Shown: positions 30,304 through 40,638 of the stretch, piece by piece
Layout of the letters: each line of letters opens with the position of its first letter
Position numbering within the stretch: position 1 is the first letter of the stretch
NCBI GenBank assembly: GCA_030834125.1
Contig: JAURFW010000011.1
Location: forward strand, 856-64,855
Source: Bacteroidota bacterium
Lineage (GTDB): Bacteria > Bacteroidota > Bacteroidia > NS11-12g > UBA955
Direction of reading: 5' to 3'
Length of the DNA: 64,000 bases
Made by a program: the position numbers and the translations under genes
The notes under the pieces: generated by a model
Seen by the model: only the letters and a program-made list of their open reading frames with translations
Told to the model about the DNA's origin: nothing
Database searches by the model: none

Positions 30304-31610
30304 TATTTTTTCCTGTAGAATATACTAAATGGAACACCAGTAAAGTTAAACTTTTCCCTGATTTTATTTTCTAAAAATCTCGTGTAGCTCTCAACCACAT
30401 ACTGTGGAAGATTACAGAAAAACGCAAAAGCCACTCTTCTACTTGGCAACTGGGTTACAAACTTGATTTTTACGAATTTTCCTTTCCTACTTGGAGGTGG
30501 AGTTACTTCCATAATTGGTAAAAGATAATCGTTCAATTCACGTGTACTAATTTTTGTACTGAGTGAATCATAAACTTCAACCACCGTTTCAATTGTTTGG
30601 AAGATTCGTTGTTTTGTTAATGCCGAAATGAAGAGAATTGGTACATCTACAAATGGCGCAATTTTTGTTTTTATATTCTCGGCATAATCCCTCGCGGTAT
30701 TGGTTTCCTTTTCAACCAAATCCCATTTATTCACCAAAATAACTAAACCTTTACCCAGTCGATGTGACATCCAAAATAAGTTAAGATCTTGCGATTCTAA
30801 CCCTTGTTGTGCATCAAGTACAAGTACAACTACATCAGAGTTTTCTAATGCTTTAAGGGAGCGCATTACAGAATAGAATTCTATGTTTTCACGCACTTTA
30901 CTCTTTTTTCGTATTCCTGCCGTGTCCACCAACATTAGCTCTTTGCCGTATGCCTTGTATAGAGTATCTATACTATCGCGTGTAGTACCCGCAATATCAG
31001 TTACAATATTCTGCTCTTTACCAATTAATGCATTGATAAGACTACTTTTACCCACATTTGGCCTTCCTACAATCGCAATTCTTGGATATTCCTCATCAAC
31101 TACAACTGGAGGCTCATCCTGAAGCAGATCGGTAACTTTATCCAATAACTCACCTGTACCAGAGCCGCTCGCAGATGATACTTCAAATATTTCATCAAAT
31201 CCTAGAGCATAAAATGAAGGGGCTTGAAGTCTTAAATCTTCATTATCAACTTTGTTCACACAAAGTACAACTGGTTTTTTATGTCGATGTAAAAGCTTTG
31301 CAAATTCTTCATCTAAAGGATGAATATCTGACTGTACATCAACCATAAAAACTAAAACTGCAGCTTCCTCTATTGCTATATGTACTTGTTCTCGTATTGC
31401 AGTTTCAAAAATATCAGCACTATCTGGAACGAATCCCCCAGTATCGATTACTGTAAATTCAAGACCATTCCATTCAGATCTTCCATAGTGCCTATCACGA
31501 GTAACACCACTATAGTCATCAACAATGGCCTTTCTTGCACCAGTTAATCGATTAAATAAGGTGCTTTTTCCCACGTTAGGTCTTCCCACGATGGCTACAA
31601 TTCTACTCAT
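30303..31610 (-). CDS. der: Ribosome biogenesis GTPase Der (EngA)
   Basis: Two GRPNVGKS P-loops, DTGG/DTAG, NKVD/NKWD and a KH-like C-terminus. Confidence 0.98.
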   Translation of the reverse strand: MSRIVAIVGRPNVGKSTLFNRLTGARKAIVDDYSGVTRDRHYGRSEWNGLEFTVIDTGGFVPDSADIFETAIREQVHIAIEEAAVLVFMVDVQSDIHPLDEEFAKLLHRHKKPVVLCVNKVDNEDLRLQAPSFYALGFDEIFEVSSASGSGTGELLDKVTDLLQDEPPVVVDEEYPRIAIVGRPNVGKSSLINALIGKEQNIVTDIAGTTRDSIDTLYKAYGKELMLVDTAGIRKKSKVRENIEFYSVMRSLKALENSDVVVLVLDAQQGLESQDLNLFWMSHRLGKGLVILVNKWDLVEKETNTARDYAENIKTKIAPFVDVPILFISALTKQRIFQTIETVVEVYDSLSTKISTRELNDYLLPIMEVTPPPSRKGKFVKIKFVTQLPSRRVAFAFFCNLPQYVVESYTRFLENKIREKFNFTGVPFSIFYRKK

Positions 31611-31614
31611 ACCG

Positions 31615-31622
31615 CAAAGATA
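31615..31622 (-). promoter_or_regulatory. -7 promoter box 4 nt before the der ATG
   Basis: TATCTTTG-cggt-ATG. Confidence 0.7.
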
Positions 31623-31705
31623 CGAACTTCATTACTTAGGCAGGAAAATTAATGACCTTATCAAGATTCCATCATTTGTAATCAGAGTTTTATTATTTAT
31701 TGGCC

Positions 31706-31713
31706 TATTTTTG
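31706..31713 (+). promoter_or_regulatory. -7 promoter box 4 nt before the folA ATG
   Basis: TATTTTTG-tttt-ATG. Confidence 0.65.
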
Positions 31714-31717
31714 TTTT

Positions 31718-32206
31718 ATGGGTGTATCTATTATTGCTGCTATTGGAATAAATAACGAATTGGGCGCTCAAAATGATTTACTTTGGCACTTGCCGACAGA
31801 TTTCAAGTGGTTTATTTCCCATACAAAAGGTAAACCAGTTATCATGGGAAGGAAAACAATGCTGAGTTTAGGTAAACCACTTAAAGGACGACTGAATATT
31901 GTTGTAACCCGAGGTAAATTCAACGTTGATGGTTTTCTTTTCTTCAATTCTATAAAGGAAGCCATAAAATATGCTCAACTGGAAAATGATGAAATTATGA
32001 TTATTGGCGGAGCAGAAATCTATAAACAGACAATAGATCTTGCAGATAAGTTAATTATCACACGTGTGCACGGTGCATTTGAACAAGCGGATGTTTTTTT
32101 TCCTGAGATTTCAAACTGTTGGGAATTACAGTCTCAGGTATCTCACGGGGTAGATGAAAATCATGCCTATGCGTTTGACTTTCAAATTTTCATAAAATGC
32201 GATTAA
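31718..32206 (+). CDS. folA: Dihydrofolate reductase
   Basis: LLWHLPTDFKWF, IMGRKT, PLKGRLNIV and IIGGAEIY. Start moved to ATG 31718. Confidence 0.95.
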   Translation: MGVSIIAAIGINNELGAQNDLLWHLPTDFKWFISHTKGKPVIMGRKTMLSLGKPLKGRLNIVVTRGKFNVDGFLFFNSIKEAIKYAQLENDEIMIIGGAEIYKQTIDLADKLIITRVHGAFEQADVFFPEISNCWELQSQVSHGVDENHAYAFDFQIFIKCD

Positions 32207-32236
32207 TGAGATGATTGATTACCTTTGTAAATAACC

Positions 32237-33118
32237 ATGAAAATCGGGGTATACGCAAAATCTGTAAAGGATAAAAAACATGGAGATGCCGTTCTTCAAT
32301 TGGTTGATTTATTGTCAAATCGAGGACATCGAATATGGACCACTCCACCAATTGAAGATTTTATTAGAATGCATACTGTTGATGTAGATCTAATGGTTTT
32401 TGATTCTTTTGATATTAACTATGCTCCGATAGATGTAATTTTCAGCATTGGTGGTGATGGAACTATTCTTGAGACTTTACAAATAATTAAAAATAGTGGA
32501 ATTCCAGTATTATCGATTAATACTGGAAGGTTGGGTTTTCTTGCAGGGTTTACTGAAGAGAAAATGGAAAAGGCTATAACAGAGCTGGAGAAGGGAAATT
32601 ATTCTATAGAAAAACGTTCATTATTGCATTTAGATTCAAGTAATGAAATATTCGAATTTAATTATGCATTAAATGACTTTGTGATTCATAAAAAAGAAAC
32701 TTCAAGCATGATAATTGTTCATGCCTATATTAATGGAGAGTTTTTAAATAGTTATTGGAGTGATGGATTGATAATTGCTACTCCAACTGGTTCTACAGGT
32801 TATTCCTTAAGTTGCGGCGGGCCAATTATTTTTCCTAAATCAGATAGTTTTGTTATTACTCCAATTGCACCTCATAATTTAAATGTTAGACCTGTAATAA
32901 TTCCAGATAATTCGGTAATTTCATTTGAAATTGAAGGAAGAGCAAGTAGTTATCTTGCTAGTTTAGATAGTAGAAGTGAGAGTATTACGGATGAAGTCTC
33001 TATGGCTGTTAAACGTGCTGATTTTGATTTAAATTTAATTAGGCTTAATGAGATAAATTTTTTAGATACATTAAGAGGGAAATTAAACTGGGGTTTTGAT
33101 AAGCGTTCAACAAATTGA
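32237..33118 (+). CDS. nadK: NAD kinase
   Basis: GGDGT, GRLGFL, ALND and DGLIIATPTGSTGYSLSCGG. A -7 box TACCTTTG lies at 32220-32227. Confidence 0.96.
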   Translation: MKIGVYAKSVKDKKHGDAVLQLVDLLSNRGHRIWTTPPIEDFIRMHTVDVDLMVFDSFDINYAPIDVIFSIGGDGTILETLQIIKNSGIPVLSINTGRLGFLAGFTEEKMEKAITELEKGNYSIEKRSLLHLDSSNEIFEFNYALNDFVIHKKETSSMIIVHAYINGEFLNSYWSDGLIIATPTGSTGYSLSCGGPIIFPKSDSFVITPIAPHNLNVRPVIIPDNSVISFEIEGRASSYLASLDSRSESITDEVSMAVKRADFDLNLIRLNEINFLDTLRGKLNWGFDKRSTN

Positions 33119-34233
33119 GAGTAATTATCTTTATTATAAGTATTCTATTTATTGGTATTACAAATTCTCAAATACCAAATCTAGACAGATCAGATAGATT
33201 AGATGTATTAACATGGAATATTGAATGGTTCGGTGATGCAAATAATGGACCGTTGAATGAGCAAACGCAGTTAAATAATGCCGTAAATATTATTAATAGT
33301 ACGAATTGTGATATTATTGGTCTATGTGAAATTTCAAGTATTTCGTACTGGAATTCATTATTAAATTCATGTAGCAATTATTCCGGTGTTATTAGTACTT
33401 GGTCTCAAACACAGAAAACAGCTTTATTATTTAAAAAAAGTGAGTATAAATTAGTGTATTCTAAACATATACTTGATAATTATGAATATGAATTTGGAGG
33501 AGGAAGACTTCCATTAGAGGTTTGTTTGGTGTCTAATAACAAAAATAACTCTATTGATACTTTAAGAGTTTGGGTTATTCATATGAAAGCAAACACGGGA
33601 TCGTCTTCTTCCAAAATTACCGCATATAATAGACGTTATGATGCAAGTATATTATTAAAGTCGCACCTTGCTTCTTTCGGATCTGATAATAAAGGGTTGG
33701 TTATTGGTGATTGGAATGATGATTTTGATCAAAGTATTTTAAGTGGATATAATACACCGTATGGTAATTGGTTAAAAGATACCAATTTTACGGTAGCAAC
33801 ATATAGTTTAACAGTTAACGGCGATAGATCGACGGCAGGTTACCCTAATATGATTGACCATATTGTAGCTAATGCAGGATTAAAAGGTACATGTGTGATA
33901 GATTCTTCAAGTGTATTGTATGCTAATAATTGGATTAGTGGATTTTCAAATAATACAAGCGATCATTATCCAGTATATGCAAAGTTTAGGAATGAGCGAA
34001 AACCCATAAATACGGTCAGTACATTGAAGAAAAGTCAAGGATCTATTTATCGTGATCAATCAGGACGTTGGTTTTTAAATGGAAATGATATTTCAAATTG
34101 TATTGCTTCAATTTATTTGATAGATGGTCGTAAAATATATTCTGGGAAAATAGAAAAATTTGAAAATAGATATGGAAATCAAGTTTTTCTGCTTAAAATC
34201 TCAGATAAGATTTATCGTATTATCAAAATTTAA
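33115..34233 (+). CDS. Secreted endonuclease/exonuclease/phosphatase (DNase I-like) protein with a divergent T9SS-like C-terminus
   Basis: Signal peptide followed by Q; TWNIEWF, GLCEI, HMKA, GDWND, IDHI and SDHYPV; C-terminal IYLIDGRKI...FLLKI...RIIKI. Confidence 0.85.
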   Translation: MRVIIFIISILFIGITNSQIPNLDRSDRLDVLTWNIEWFGDANNGPLNEQTQLNNAVNIINSTNCDIIGLCEISSISYWNSLLNSCSNYSGVISTWSQTQKTALLFKKSEYKLVYSKHILDNYEYEFGGGRLPLEVCLVSNNKNNSIDTLRVWVIHMKANTGSSSSKITAYNRRYDASILLKSHLASFGSDNKGLVIGDWNDDFDQSILSGYNTPYGNWLKDTNFTVATYSLTVNGDRSTAGYPNMIDHIVANAGLKGTCVIDSSSVLYANNWISGFSNNTSDHYPVYAKFRNERKPINTVSTLKKSQGSIYRDQSGRWFLNGNDISNCIASIYLIDGRKIYSGKIEKFENRYGNQVFLLKISDKIYRIIKI

Positions 34234-34430
34234 GCAATAAATAAATCGAGAAATGCTCGTTGTTTGCCCAATTTTAACTAGTGTAATCATTTTTTCAATA
34301 AATTTGGTTGTAGCTCATGACTTTTCCTATAATATTTTGCCATTAAATAATGGTAGTTTTGTCAACAAGGAGTATTGTGATTTTGATTCGAATAATATGG
34401 ATAAAGTTAATTTTAACGAGAGAACTATAT

Positions 34431-36767
34431 ATGTGGTTTAAAAAGCTAAATAAATACGGAGTAATTGGTTTGATTTTTTTTAGTACTGTTGGTATTGATG
34501 CCCAAATTATTCCTGTACGCTTAAGTCCTACTGTAACCGATATAAATTTATTAGATTATATAGATTCTGCTGATTTAGATGCTGTAGATTACAATATATT
34601 AGAGGTAAGTGATCGTACCTTGATAAACTCAACCAATTTTCAAATCGAGCGTGACAATGCAGTCATTAATATTAATAAGATAGGAACTCAATTAATGCCA
34701 ATGTATGTTTTAAGAATTAAAGCAAATGGTAAAAATAGTTTTGTACCGCTTATTAGTTCCAGCAAGAGAAACTTTATTTTTAAATTACCGGATTCCAATC
34801 ATAAGTATAAATCTGTTAAGGTTAAGGGTACATTTAATGCTTGGACGGCATCAAATCTTGAATTAACGTACGAAGGGGGTGAATGGATGGGAACTTCACT
34901 GATTTCTCCTGGAATTGAGCAATATGTATTTGTAATTGATGGGATAGAAAATATCGATCCTACGAATAAGTCAAAAGTGAACAATGGTTTTGGAGGATTT
35001 AATTCTGTTATCGAAACTAAGGAAGAAAAATTAGTAATTGAACCTTATGGTGTTAATGATAGTCAGGTAATTGTTAGTTGTAAAAATTCTGCAGACCTAG
35101 TTTCTTTATTCTGCTTTGATAGGGATTCAATTATTTTTCCTGAATTGATTTCAAATGGTGGCGATTTTTTAGCCTTATTTAGTGTCCCTAAAAAAGATGG
35201 ATACAATCAATTAAGGATTTGGGCACAATCCTCAAAAGCTTTGAGTAACGATATTTGGTCGCCAATTTTGGATGGAAGGGTTATCATTAATTCTGAGGTT
35301 TTTGGTAGAGTTAAAGATCCTCGATCTATGATCATTTACAATCCGATGATTGATAGATTTCATAACGGGAATATATCAAACGATTATAAAATTAATAGCG
35401 ATTCGGTAAATTCTAAAGTGGATTATTTTGGTGGTGATATGGCAGGAATTCAGCAAAAGTTAAAAGAAGGATATTTTAAAAAACTTGGTGTGAATACTCT
35501 ATGGATATCGCCGGTAATAGAGAACCCTTTTGAACCATGGGGACAATGGCTAAAACCAAGAACAAAATTTTCAGGCTATCATGGATATTGGCCTATTTCT
35601 TTAACCAAGGTTGATCCACGATTTGGCGGTGAAAAGGATTTTAATGAATTAATTAACTCTGTGCACCAATCAAAAATGAGAATCCTAGTAGATTATGTGG
35701 CTCATCACATACATCAAGACCACCCATTATATGAAACGCATCCCGAATGGTTTACTTCTTTAAATTTGGAGAACGGTAAGTTGAATATGCAACTTTGGGA
35801 TGAGCAAAGATTAACCACATGGTTCGATACTTTCCTTCCCACATTTAACTTTTTCAATTCAGCTGCTGTAAATGCACTTTCTGACAGTGCTATGTACTGG
35901 GTTAATTCATTTGAAATTGATGGTTTTCGTCATGACGCTACAAAACATATCCCAAATCCATTTTGGAGAAGTTTAACTTATAAGATTAAAAAATCTCAAC
36001 GTCAGAAACTAAATTTTTTCCAAATAGGAGAGACTTATGGAACTCCAGAGTTGATTTCTTCTTATTTAGGTAATGGATTACTGAATTCACAGTTTGATTT
36101 TAATATTTATGATGCCGCTGTTGCTGCTTTTAAGTCGGAAAATGGGGGGTGTAAACACTTAACACAAACCATTAATAGCTCCTTGAAGTGGTATGGTTCA
36201 AATCATATGATGGGTAATATTACTGGTAATCAGGATAGACCTCGTTTTGTTTCCAAAGCGGATGGAAGTATAAAGGATAATGAAGATGGCAAACAAGCGG
36301 GCTGGGATAATGATATAATAGTAAGAAATGATAATGCCTATGAAAAGTTACAAAACCTTATGGCATTCAATATTATGTTACCAGGAATTCCAGTTATTTA
36401 CTATGGCGATGAAATAGGAATGCCGGGAGGTAATGATCCGGACAATAGAAGAATGATGAGATTTGATTCAGCACTTACGAAACAAGAAAAAGAAAACTTA
36501 AATACGTTCACTAGATTGTTGAAAATAAGAAATCAATCAATTGCTTTGCAAGCTGGTAGTACAAAAGTTTCAAACCCTGATGACAATACCTTAATTATTA
36601 GGCGAAAATATTTTGATATCGAGGAGATCGTATTCGTATTCTACAACGGAAAAGAAAAAAGAGAATTAGATCAAATTAAAAAGAACTTTGCTTCTTACGA
36701 TATGATTTTTGAAAATCAACTTAATAATAGCTTCAGTTTTACTGCTATATATCGAACTAAAAAATAA
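34431..36767 (+). CDS. Secreted GH13 alpha-amylase family protein with a CBM48-like domain
   Basis: Signal peptide ending IDA-Q; VKGTFNAW...YVFVIDG (CBM48-like), DRFHNG, YHGYW, DGFRHDATKH, IGETY, GNQD and IYYGDEIG. Start moved to ATG 34431. Confidence 0.9.
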   Translation: MWFKKLNKYGVIGLIFFSTVGIDAQIIPVRLSPTVTDINLLDYIDSADLDAVDYNILEVSDRTLINSTNFQIERDNAVININKIGTQLMPMYVLRIKANGKNSFVPLISSSKRNFIFKLPDSNHKYKSVKVKGTFNAWTASNLELTYEGGEWMGTSLISPGIEQYVFVIDGIENIDPTNKSKVNNGFGGFNSVIETKEEKLVIEPYGVNDSQVIVSCKNSADLVSLFCFDRDSIIFPELISNGGDFLALFSVPKKDGYNQLRIWAQSSKALSNDIWSPILDGRVIINSEVFGRVKDPRSMIIYNPMIDRFHNGNISNDYKINSDSVNSKVDYFGGDMAGIQQKLKEGYFKKLGVNTLWISPVIENPFEPWGQWLKPRTKFSGYHGYWPISLTKVDPRFGGEKDFNELINSVHQSKMRILVDYVAHHIHQDHPLYETHPEWFTSLNLENGKLNMQLWDEQRLTTWFDTFLPTFNFFNSAAVNALSDSAMYWVNSFEIDGFRHDATKHIPNPFWRSLTYKIKKSQRQKLNFFQIGETYGTPELISSYLGNGLLNSQFDFNIYDAAVAAFKSENGGCKHLTQTINSSLKWYGSNHMMGNITGNQDRPRFVSKADGSIKDNEDGKQAGWDNDIIVRNDNAYEKLQNLMAFNIMLPGIPVIYYGDEIGMPGGNDPDNRRMMRFDSALTKQEKENLNTFTRLLKIRNQSIALQAGSTKVSNPDDNTLIIRRKYFDIEEIVFVFYNGKEKRELDQIKKNFASYDMIFENQLNNSFSFTAIYRTKK

Positions 36768-36911
36768 TTCGGCGAGAATGGTGTTAAGTTAGAACCTATA
36801 ATCAATTTCTGTGTATTCCATCAAGAGGTAACTGTTTCAGTGCTTTAAAAAATCAATTTTGACGATTACTTGTTCAATTCATAATTACACAAGTTAATTT
36901 TGTCTGTCGAG

Positions 36912-38171
36912 ATGTTTAAAAGTAAAGTAGTTGGTTTCATGTTTTTTGCCCTTTTGTTTATACTTCTGGATGTGTATACTTGGCAGGGAGTCAGAGTTTT
37001 AATTAAAAACTCAGAAAGTTGGGTTAAAAAATTAATAGCAATAATTTACTGGGGATATTCAGTGGCTCTGATAGTTTTTATGGGATTAATGAGATCTTCT
37101 AAGCTTGATTTGAATCCGATTACCATTAGATTTATTGCAGGATTTATCTTTAGTATTTTTATTGTGAAATTACTTTGGGTAATTTTCTTAATTCTGGATG
37201 ATGGAATAAGAGTGATAAAATGGTTTTGGTTCGATATAACTGCAAATTCTAAAATTCAAGGAGTAGAGTCACAAGCGAATGGAGGAATAACAAGGTCTAA
37301 GTTCTTAACGTATTTAGGTTTAGGAGTGGGAGCACTGTTTTTTGGATCAGCAGTATGGGGAGTATTTAAAGGTGCACACAATTATATTATCCGAAGGCGA
37401 AAGTTGAAATTAAAGAATCTTCCTGAAAGTTTTAAAGGGTTAAAAATTGTACAAATTTCTGATATACATAGTGGAAGTTTTTGGGACTGGGATGCCGTAA
37501 TTAAAGGAATTGATTTAATTAATGAACAAAAGCCTGATATGGTTTTTTTTACTGGTGATTTAGTAAATGATACTGCAAAAGAAGCTCTTCCATGGATTGA
37601 TATTTTTAAAGAAATTAAAGCACCTATGGGTGTGTACTCAATACTGGGTAATCATGATTACGGCGATTATGTTATTTGGGATAATCCTAAAGAAAAACTC
37701 AAAAACATGGAATTAATGTATCAAAATCATAAGCAATTAGGGTGGGATTTATTGCTTGATGAACATAGGGTATTAGAAAAAAATGGAGAGAAAATTGCTA
37801 TAATAGGAATACAGAATTGGAGTGAAAAAGGCCGTTTCCCTAAATATGGGAATTTAGAAAAATCTATAAAAGGATTGGATGATAATATTAACGTGAAGCT
37901 TCTATTGAGTCATGACCCTAGCCATTGGCGTGCTCAGGTACTGGAAAAAACCGATATTGATGCCACGTTCAGTGGGCATACTCACGGAATGCAGTTTGGT
38001 ATAGATTCAAAATTTTATAGATGGAGCCCTGTAAAGTATTTGTATAAAGAGTGGATTGATATATACTCGGAAAATAACCAATACCTATATGTTAATAGAG
38101 GGTTTGGTTATCTAGGTTATCCTGGAAGAATGGGTATTTATCCAGAAATAACAGTATTTACTTTAGTATAA
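36912..38171 (+). CDS. Membrane-anchored metallophosphoesterase (YkuE-like)
   Basis: N-terminal transmembrane helices, then SDIH, TGDLV, GNHD, LSHDP and SGHTHG. Start moved to ATG 36912; a -7 box lies at 36895-36902. Confidence 0.92.
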   Translation: MFKSKVVGFMFFALLFILLDVYTWQGVRVLIKNSESWVKKLIAIIYWGYSVALIVFMGLMRSSKLDLNPITIRFIAGFIFSIFIVKLLWVIFLILDDGIRVIKWFWFDITANSKIQGVESQANGGITRSKFLTYLGLGVGALFFGSAVWGVFKGAHNYIIRRRKLKLKNLPESFKGLKIVQISDIHSGSFWDWDAVIKGIDLINEQKPDMVFFTGDLVNDTAKEALPWIDIFKEIKAPMGVYSILGNHDYGDYVIWDNPKEKLKNMELMYQNHKQLGWDLLLDEHRVLEKNGEKIAIIGIQNWSEKGRFPKYGNLEKSIKGLDDNINVKLLLSHDPSHWRAQVLEKTDIDATFSGHTHGMQFGIDSKFYRWSPVKYLYKEWIDIYSENNQYLYVNRGFGYLGYPGRMGIYPEITVFTLV

Positions 38172-38190
38172 AAAAAGGGACCCTTTTTTT
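38170..38190. terminator. Possible bidirectional terminator between convergent genes
   Basis: AAAAAAAGGG-a-CCCTTTTTTT inverted repeat with a weak stem. Confidence 0.4.
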
Positions 38191-38210
38191 ATAGATTTTT
38201 TTGGTTTACT

Positions 38211-40022
38211 CTAATTGATAGAGTTTTTTACCTTTTGGATAAATCTTTCTAGATCGTTTCCAGCAAGTAAACCTTTTTCGAGTAAGGCAATATCTAAAAA
38301 GTGTTGGATATAGTTTGATTGTTCTTCAGCAGCTTTATTCAATGTATTACTCGCGACTTCACTGTTTGAATTTACCACCAGCGTTTTCTTGTTCATACCC
38401 AAGTCTCCAAAAGGCATTGATTGCCCCATTTTTGCATATTCTTCCATTCTTCTTTCCCATTCGTTCTTATGGATACTTATAAAATCTTGTTGTGGTGGCA
38501 GAGATTCGATTTTTATATCGAAAGACGCCTCATTTACTAATGATTTAACTACTTTTTCTAGTTCTTCTTGTTGTTCTTTTGATAATACACTTTCAATCGT
38601 TTCATCCTTCTCAATTAACTGATTTATTGGTGCACTATCTACGCCTTTAAATTTAACTTTCTCAAACTTTCCTTCGGCAAATCCGGCAAAATGTACATCT
38701 AGCGGTCCTTCTAATACAACAACTTCATAACCTGCATTTTGAGCAGCTTTAATACTCATGTGTTGAGCTTTTATATCAGTAGTATAAAGGATTATAGTTT
38801 CATCGTTTTTATCAGTTTGATTAGTCTTACAATGATTAATCCACTCTTCAATGGTATATAACTTCTCTTCAGTAGTTTTTACCAAGCAATAATCCTTCAT
38901 TCTATCAGCGAACTTTTCATCTGATAGCATACCATATTTTACAATGAGGTCGAGATATTCCCATTTATTTTGGTATTCTTCTCTATCAGCCTTGAATATT
39001 TCTTGTAACTTATCACTAACTTTTTTCGATATATGTGCAGTGATTTTTTTAACATTTGAGTCACTTTGTAATGCGCTTCTGCTCACATTTAATGGAATAT
39101 CAGGAGAGTCTACTACACCTTGTAATAGTACTAAAAACTCGGGTAATACATCTTTTACATCCTCAGTAACGAATACTTGATTACTGTATAATTGTACTCT
39201 ATCTTTTCTGTTATCTAATGCTTGGTTAATTTTAGGGAAATAAAGTACACCATTGAGATTAAAAGGAAAGTCGGTGTTGATATGGATGTGAAATAAAGGA
39301 GCTTCCTGCATTGGATAAAGCTCTTCAAAGAATTTTGTGTAGTCTTCAGTATTTAATTCACTTGGTTTTTTCTTCCATAGAGGATCAGGATTATTTATTG
39401 TTTCTCCCTCAAATTCAATTGGTATAGGTAAAAAACGACAGTATTTACGGAGTAATTCTTTTATTTTCCATTGCGATAAGTAAGTCTCAGAATCTTCGTC
39501 TGTTAAATGTAGAATGATATCTGTACCTCTTCTTTTACGCTTAGCTTTATCCATTGAATAAGAAGTTGTCCCATCACAATTCCATTTAACTACTTCAGCG
39601 TCTTTCTTAAACGATTTGGAGATTATAGTAACTTCTTTTGCCACCATAAAAGCTGAGTAGAAACCAAGACCAAAATGCCCGATCATTTGTTCTGGGTCTT
39701 TATCTTTCCATTTTTCTACAAACTCCGTTGCTCCTGAAAATGCAAGTTGAGTTATGTATTTTTCAATTTCTTCTTCAGTCATACCCACACCATAATCTGA
39801 TATGGTTAAGGTTTTCTTCTTATCGTCAATTTTTACTTCTACTTTCAGTTCCCCTAAATTGCCTGATGCCTCACCAATGCGATTAAGAGTTTGAATTTTT
39901 TTTGTGGCATCTACAGCATTACTTACTAATTCCCTAATAAAAATCTCTTGATCAGTGTAAAGGAACTTTTTAATGATTGGGAAAATATTTTCGGATTGTA
40001 CGGAAATTTGACCTGTTCTCAT
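38211..40022 (-). CDS. htpG: Molecular chaperone HtpG (Hsp90)
   Basis: IFIRELVSNAVDA, ISDYGVGMT, IGHFGLGFYSAFMVA and DIPLNVSRS. Confidence 0.97.
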   Translation of the reverse strand: MRTGQISVQSENIFPIIKKFLYTDQEIFIRELVSNAVDATKKIQTLNRIGEASGNLGELKVEVKIDDKKKTLTISDYGVGMTEEEIEKYITQLAFSGATEFVEKWKDKDPEQMIGHFGLGFYSAFMVAKEVTIISKSFKKDAEVVKWNCDGTTSYSMDKAKRKRRGTDIILHLTDEDSETYLSQWKIKELLRKYCRFLPIPIEFEGETINNPDPLWKKKPSELNTEDYTKFFEELYPMQEAPLFHIHINTDFPFNLNGVLYFPKINQALDNRKDRVQLYSNQVFVTEDVKDVLPEFLVLLQGVVDSPDIPLNVSRSALQSDSNVKKITAHISKKVSDKLQEIFKADREEYQNKWEYLDLIVKYGMLSDEKFADRMKDYCLVKTTEEKLYTIEEWINHCKTNQTDKNDETIILYTTDIKAQHMSIKAAQNAGYEVVVLEGPLDVHFAGFAEGKFEKVKFKGVDSAPINQLIEKDETIESVLSKEQQEELEKVVKSLVNEASFDIKIESLPPQQDFISIHKNEWERRMEEYAKMGQSMPFGDLGMNKKTLVVNSNSEVASNTLNKAAEEQSNYIQHFLDIALLEKGLLAGNDLERFIQKVKNSIN

Positions 40023-40033
40023 GCCTATCGATA

Positions 40034-40106
40034 CTCAAAGTGTATTCCAATTAATGAAGTAGGAAAAATTGTCATGATTTTAACTTTAAAATCCGAAATT
40101 ATGTCA
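40034..40106 (-). promoter_or_regulatory. Sigma54-like -24/-12 element plus two TGACA boxes upstream of htpG
   Basis: Minus strand TTGGAATACACTTTGAG (GG-N10-GA) at 40034-40050; TGACA at 40070-40074 and 40102-40106. Confidence 0.45.
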
Positions 40107-40134
40107 GTATTAACTTTTGTTTTTACTTTGTGAT

Positions 40135-40638
40135 GTGGCATGGCAGAAGAAACCTACCTTCCTAACCCCTGAAAAAGTTTTACAAAAACTTGAGAAGTAT
40201 TGCGTCTATCAAGAGCGAAGTCAATTACAAGTAGAAAATAAATGTCGTGAATATGGAATGACAGCAGAAGAAACGGGTCAAATTTTGGTTGATTTAATTC
40301 AATCTAATTTTATTAATGAGGAGCGGTTTGCTTTAGCTTATGTAAAAGGAAAGTTTAATCAAAAAAACTGGGGACCCAAAAAGATTGAAATAGGTTTGAA
40401 GCAAGCTGGGATTAGAAAGTCTCTAATAGATAGAGCCTTAAGTAGTATAGTTGATGACCAACAAGCGAATAAAATTGAGAAACTTGCTAGAAAAAAAATT
40501 AAATTAATGGGATATTCCAATGAGGGATCATTATCAGAACTTAAGTCACAATTAAACTTTTTAGAACAGCAAAAGGTTATGAAATATTTATTTCAAAAAG
40601 GGTACCTTTTGGATGAAATTAATAAGGTATTTAGTTGA
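40135..40638 (+). CDS. recX: RecX family regulator
   Basis: YCVYQERS, NFINEERFA, KNWGPKKI and YLFQKGY. GTG 40135 is preferred as start (TTACTTTG-tgat-GTG). Confidence 0.9.
   Translation: MAWQKKPTFLTPEKVLQKLEKYCVYQERSQLQVENKCREYGMTAEETGQILVDLIQSNFINEERFALAYVKGKFNQKNWGPKKIEIGLKQAGIRKSLIDRALSSIVDDQQANKIEKLARKKIKLMGYSNEGSLSELKSQLNFLEQQKVMKYLFQKGYLLDEINKVFS

Noticed and set aside
34234-34441. ORF 34253..34441, or a possible small RNA in the 197-bp gap before the GH13 gene
   Set aside because: No recognisable protein motif, stable structure or known RNA signature; most likely promoter DNA.
36768-36911. 144-bp intergenic region as a riboswitch or ncRNA
   Set aside because: No convincing hairpins or riboswitch consensus seen.
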